A stretch of 64,000 nucleotides of DNA from Eledone cirrhosa (Eukaryota), in NCBI GenBank assembly GCA_964016885.1, contig OZ024747.1, positions 45,508,001 through 45,572,000 on the forward strand. Direction: 5' to 3'. A program made the translations under genes and the position numbers. Shown here piece by piece: positions 60,540 through 64,000 of this stretch. The stretch's first letter is position 1. The number at the start of each line of letters is the position of its first letter. Under the pieces are notes generated by a model. The model ran no database searches. It was not told the DNA's origin and worked only from the letters and a program-made list of their open reading frames with translations.

Positions 60540-61500
60540 AATAGTATCAGTAAATTGGATATCAGCTTCCACATAGTTGGATATAAAGCAGGCATTTTTC
60601 TTTTATTTTGCAACAAATTTTGGCAGTCACCTCTAGTGAAATTAGATTTGCTTTCTTCATCCCATTTAAGTGCTAAAAGTTCTTCCTGTCATGTAACATC
60701 AGCCTTGACAGAATTTAACGTCAAGTTCAAAATGTCATTATATCGTTTTTTTCATATCTAATTTAAGTTGGTTGTAGCAACCACTGAACTTTTCACTCTC
60801 TGCAGGAGTTATATCATCTTGAATTGATTAGATGACAATTCCAAAAACTGATGAAATATCAAGTTTTTCAAAGAATAACGAGACAACGTTTTTGAAACTT
60901 ATAAGTGTTGTATTGGTTTCTTGAAGCTGCAAATTAATTTCATTAACCTTCTCGTAAAAGCCTGCTAAATATAACAAATCATGCTTTATTTTTATAATTG
61001 CTGTCAGACACCAACTTCATTTACATTACAACAAAACCAACAACTCTGTTACTGACATATAATTCAACAAAACTAGTCAAACATGCACCTTGTGAAAGCT
61101 AACAGTCTTCTGTGTGTAGCAGCAATCTTAATGCATTGTACATTATTATCCTAGCATTGACAGCTGTCAAAACGTATTTTTAGAATTCGATCTTATTTTA
61201 TTTATAAACATAATTATTATATGCTTGTACTTAAATGTTTTCCTACAAAATGTCTATATATCACGCAATGAATACACAAAATGTTTGTGATCTATTTCTT
61301 AAAATATGCAACAAAACTACAACGACCTATCATTGATGGTACCCTGTCAGTAGAACGTGCCATTAATATTGTTCAAAATATATAATATTTTGCAAAGTAT
61401 GTATCAACAGCAGTAAATATTGATAATTCCTTTGAATCTTTAATAAAATGTAATTAATTGAAACGGATACTCTTCAGGAAAGTCCCATACACTAGCATTT
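60540..61500 (-). pseudogene. hAT (Buster/Charlie-like) transposase relic
   Basis: ILCIHCVI, RLLLHTE..LSQG.CL, DLLYLAGFYEKVNEINLQLQ, QEELLALKWDEE, LYPTMW. Confidence 0.75.
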
Positions 61501-62123
61501 TTAGCAAAGAATTGTGGATAAATAGTGAAATTTATGAAATAGGATGAGATTAGAAATATAACTGGAGTGAAGGGAATTATCATTATCCAACAGAAAATTG
61601 AAATTGTATCATTGTCTCAGCTTGTCTGTTGCATACATTTAGCTCTATAAATTAATAACACTCTTGGAAGTTTAAAAACTATCACTACTAAAAAGCTCAC
61701 TAAAATATCCGAGAATGTTATTTTCGTTTTGTGTTCTTATTCTTTTACTTTTATTTTTTACATAAAAACCAGTTAATGCTTACATTTGATTGGCAATTTT
61801 AACAAGATAGAATTAGTTTATTTAATTTTACCACATAAAGCTAAAGCTTAAAAAACTGATTTGATAACGTCTGAGCATAGGCAAAAGCTCTCTTGTAAGA
61901 TTTGAAATACCTAATGGTTAATAAGGCAATTAATAACTCTTTGCTTCTGCTGTCATTAATTTGAATTCCCATCCGTTAGTTCTATTGATTGTTATTACTT
62001 AATAGCTTTTTCATTTCAATTAGATATTAAACAAAATTGACATAGTTTGCATAGACCAATTCAAAGGCACGGAAAACGAAAATAAAATAAACTAAAATAT
62101 GAAAAAATTAAATGAGGAATCAT

Positions 62124-62236
<113 letters not shown>

Positions 62237-62251
62237 ATACATATATACATG

Positions 62252-62357
<106 letters not shown>

Positions 62358-62536
62358 CATGTATGTATTCATTTATATAGTTATATTAATTTTATCAGAT
62401 CCTTTGGGGAGTTAATATCATTTCTAAGTTCAATCTCATATAATAAAAATGTCTGTTATTGATTTAGAAAACTAATTGATACACTGATACACATAAACAT
62501 ATATGCAATATGAACATATATGTATGTATGTATGTA

Positions 62537-62575
<39 letters not shown>

Positions 62576-63929
62576 ATGTATATATGTCTCTCTCTTTCTA
62601 TATATATGTATATGTGTGTGTGTGTGTGTGTATATATATAAATATATATATATATATATTATTTAATAGTTGAGAAGCTATATGAGTAACCGAAGAGCCT
62701 AAAGTTCCATGCCAAAGCACTTATCAAACAACGAATTGAATGAATATATATTTGTGTGTGTGTGTGTGTGTGAGCGTACGTATGTGTGTATGTGCATGCG
62801 CGCATACGCGTGTGTGTGTGTGTGTGTGTGTGTGTTTGTATGTGCGTGTACAAGTGTGAGTCATTAATTATCCTTAATGTACTTAAAATTTTTTCCTATT
62901 GGCAGCAAAAATAGTTCCATGTGTATCAATAATCTGGGTTTCTGTTTTGTCACTAGGGTACAGATTAAAACTTAGAATGTCAATTAGGACTTCATTGTTA
63001 CTACTTTAACCATGGTTGCTCCAAGGAAGATCAGTATTCAATGACCCACTTTATATTCCATTAGTGACATCCAGCTTCAGTGATCCTACCAATTATCTTT
63101 AACATCCCCCCACCCCCACCACCACTGCCACTGCCCAATAGATTAATGGCCAAGTACTTCATTAGAATTATATATGACAACTCAAATATGCACACCTGAA
63201 AAATTAACTGTTAAGATTTTGAGCCAACGAAGGACAATTTTTACTGTGAATGAACTAGTGAGAAATAATAACCAAATTTCTCTCAAACTATGCCTTACCA
63301 TATTATAAAAGGAGGATTCAATTTAAAAAGTACTCCTGAATGCATTGTCTAAAAAATAGGCGGACACACTGAATAATGTGGTCTAAGACAGGCATAGGAA
63401 ATTGAGGGTCCCCCAAGGACCACATGGGTCACATATATCTTGTGTGAAGGCCATACATGACAACTAATTGCGCACATTACAACTAATATTGTAATATAAG
63501 AGATATAATATTTTTTTATTTTATATTATAGTCATATTTTAGTCATAAACATTTTATTGCAATTTTAAATGTTGATCTATACACATTTTAATCTTATTTA
63601 CAACTATTCCTACCACTGGTATATAATAAATCAAGCAAGGTTAATTATTTGTATTTAATTGACTCTGGTGACTTACTGGAATCAACTCTTTATTTTCGTT
63701 TGTTTAGCAAAACATTATAGGTCTATCAAATTCTTAAATGATATACATATATATATATATCTGTATATATATATGATTTATGTTAGGCTGTTTACCAGTG
63801 GGTAAACCTTATTGTACCATAGATCATCTCAAATATGCTTTATACAGGCTAAAATCTGTATTTTATGGAGCAATATTTATTCAAAATTTTATTTAGGTAC
63901 AATACTAAAGTATATTATTATCAAGAACA

Positions 63930-64000
63930 TAGTGGATTGGCAGTATTGGTAGAGGGTCTCAAGCCATGCTTTGCAGCAAAGTATTACGGCCCTTTATGGT
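63930..64000 (+). mobile_element. 5' part of SINE family A, runs off window end
   Basis: GTGGATTGGCAGTATTGGTAGAGGG... Confidence 0.75.

Noticed and set aside
62685-62735. TTGATAA-hairpin-GGAA on the minus strand
   Set aside because: Stems I and III do not form.

Overview
AT-rich, repeat-saturated eukaryotic DNA. I found no supportable host protein-coding exon. The enormous (TA)n/(TACA)n arrays, RTE LINEs and the tRNA-headed SINE family suggest an invertebrate, probably a cephalopod (inference). Almost all ORFs in the track are microsatellite translations. Real coding remnants are two long RTE-clade LINEs (800-3627 +, 33071-36494 -), smaller RTE pieces, Penelope-like (PLE) RT and GIY-YIG fragments, hAT transposase relics and a CRE-like endonuclease fragment. 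The main signal is in the short unique 'islands' inside the (TA)n tracts between about 4 and 48 kb. Several mutually unrelated island families carry type I hammerhead ribozyme (HHR) motifs, read by hand, with palindromic stem III and compensatory stem changes. They occur as fold-back palindromes or inverted+tandem arrays. One family has a U3-A8 core variant in tandem, predicting a 316-nt self-excising, retrozyme-like RNA. The overall picture is a microsatellite-associated community of ribozyme-bearing, probably PLE-mobilised, non-autonomous elements. All structures were folded by eye; coordinates may be off by a few nt.
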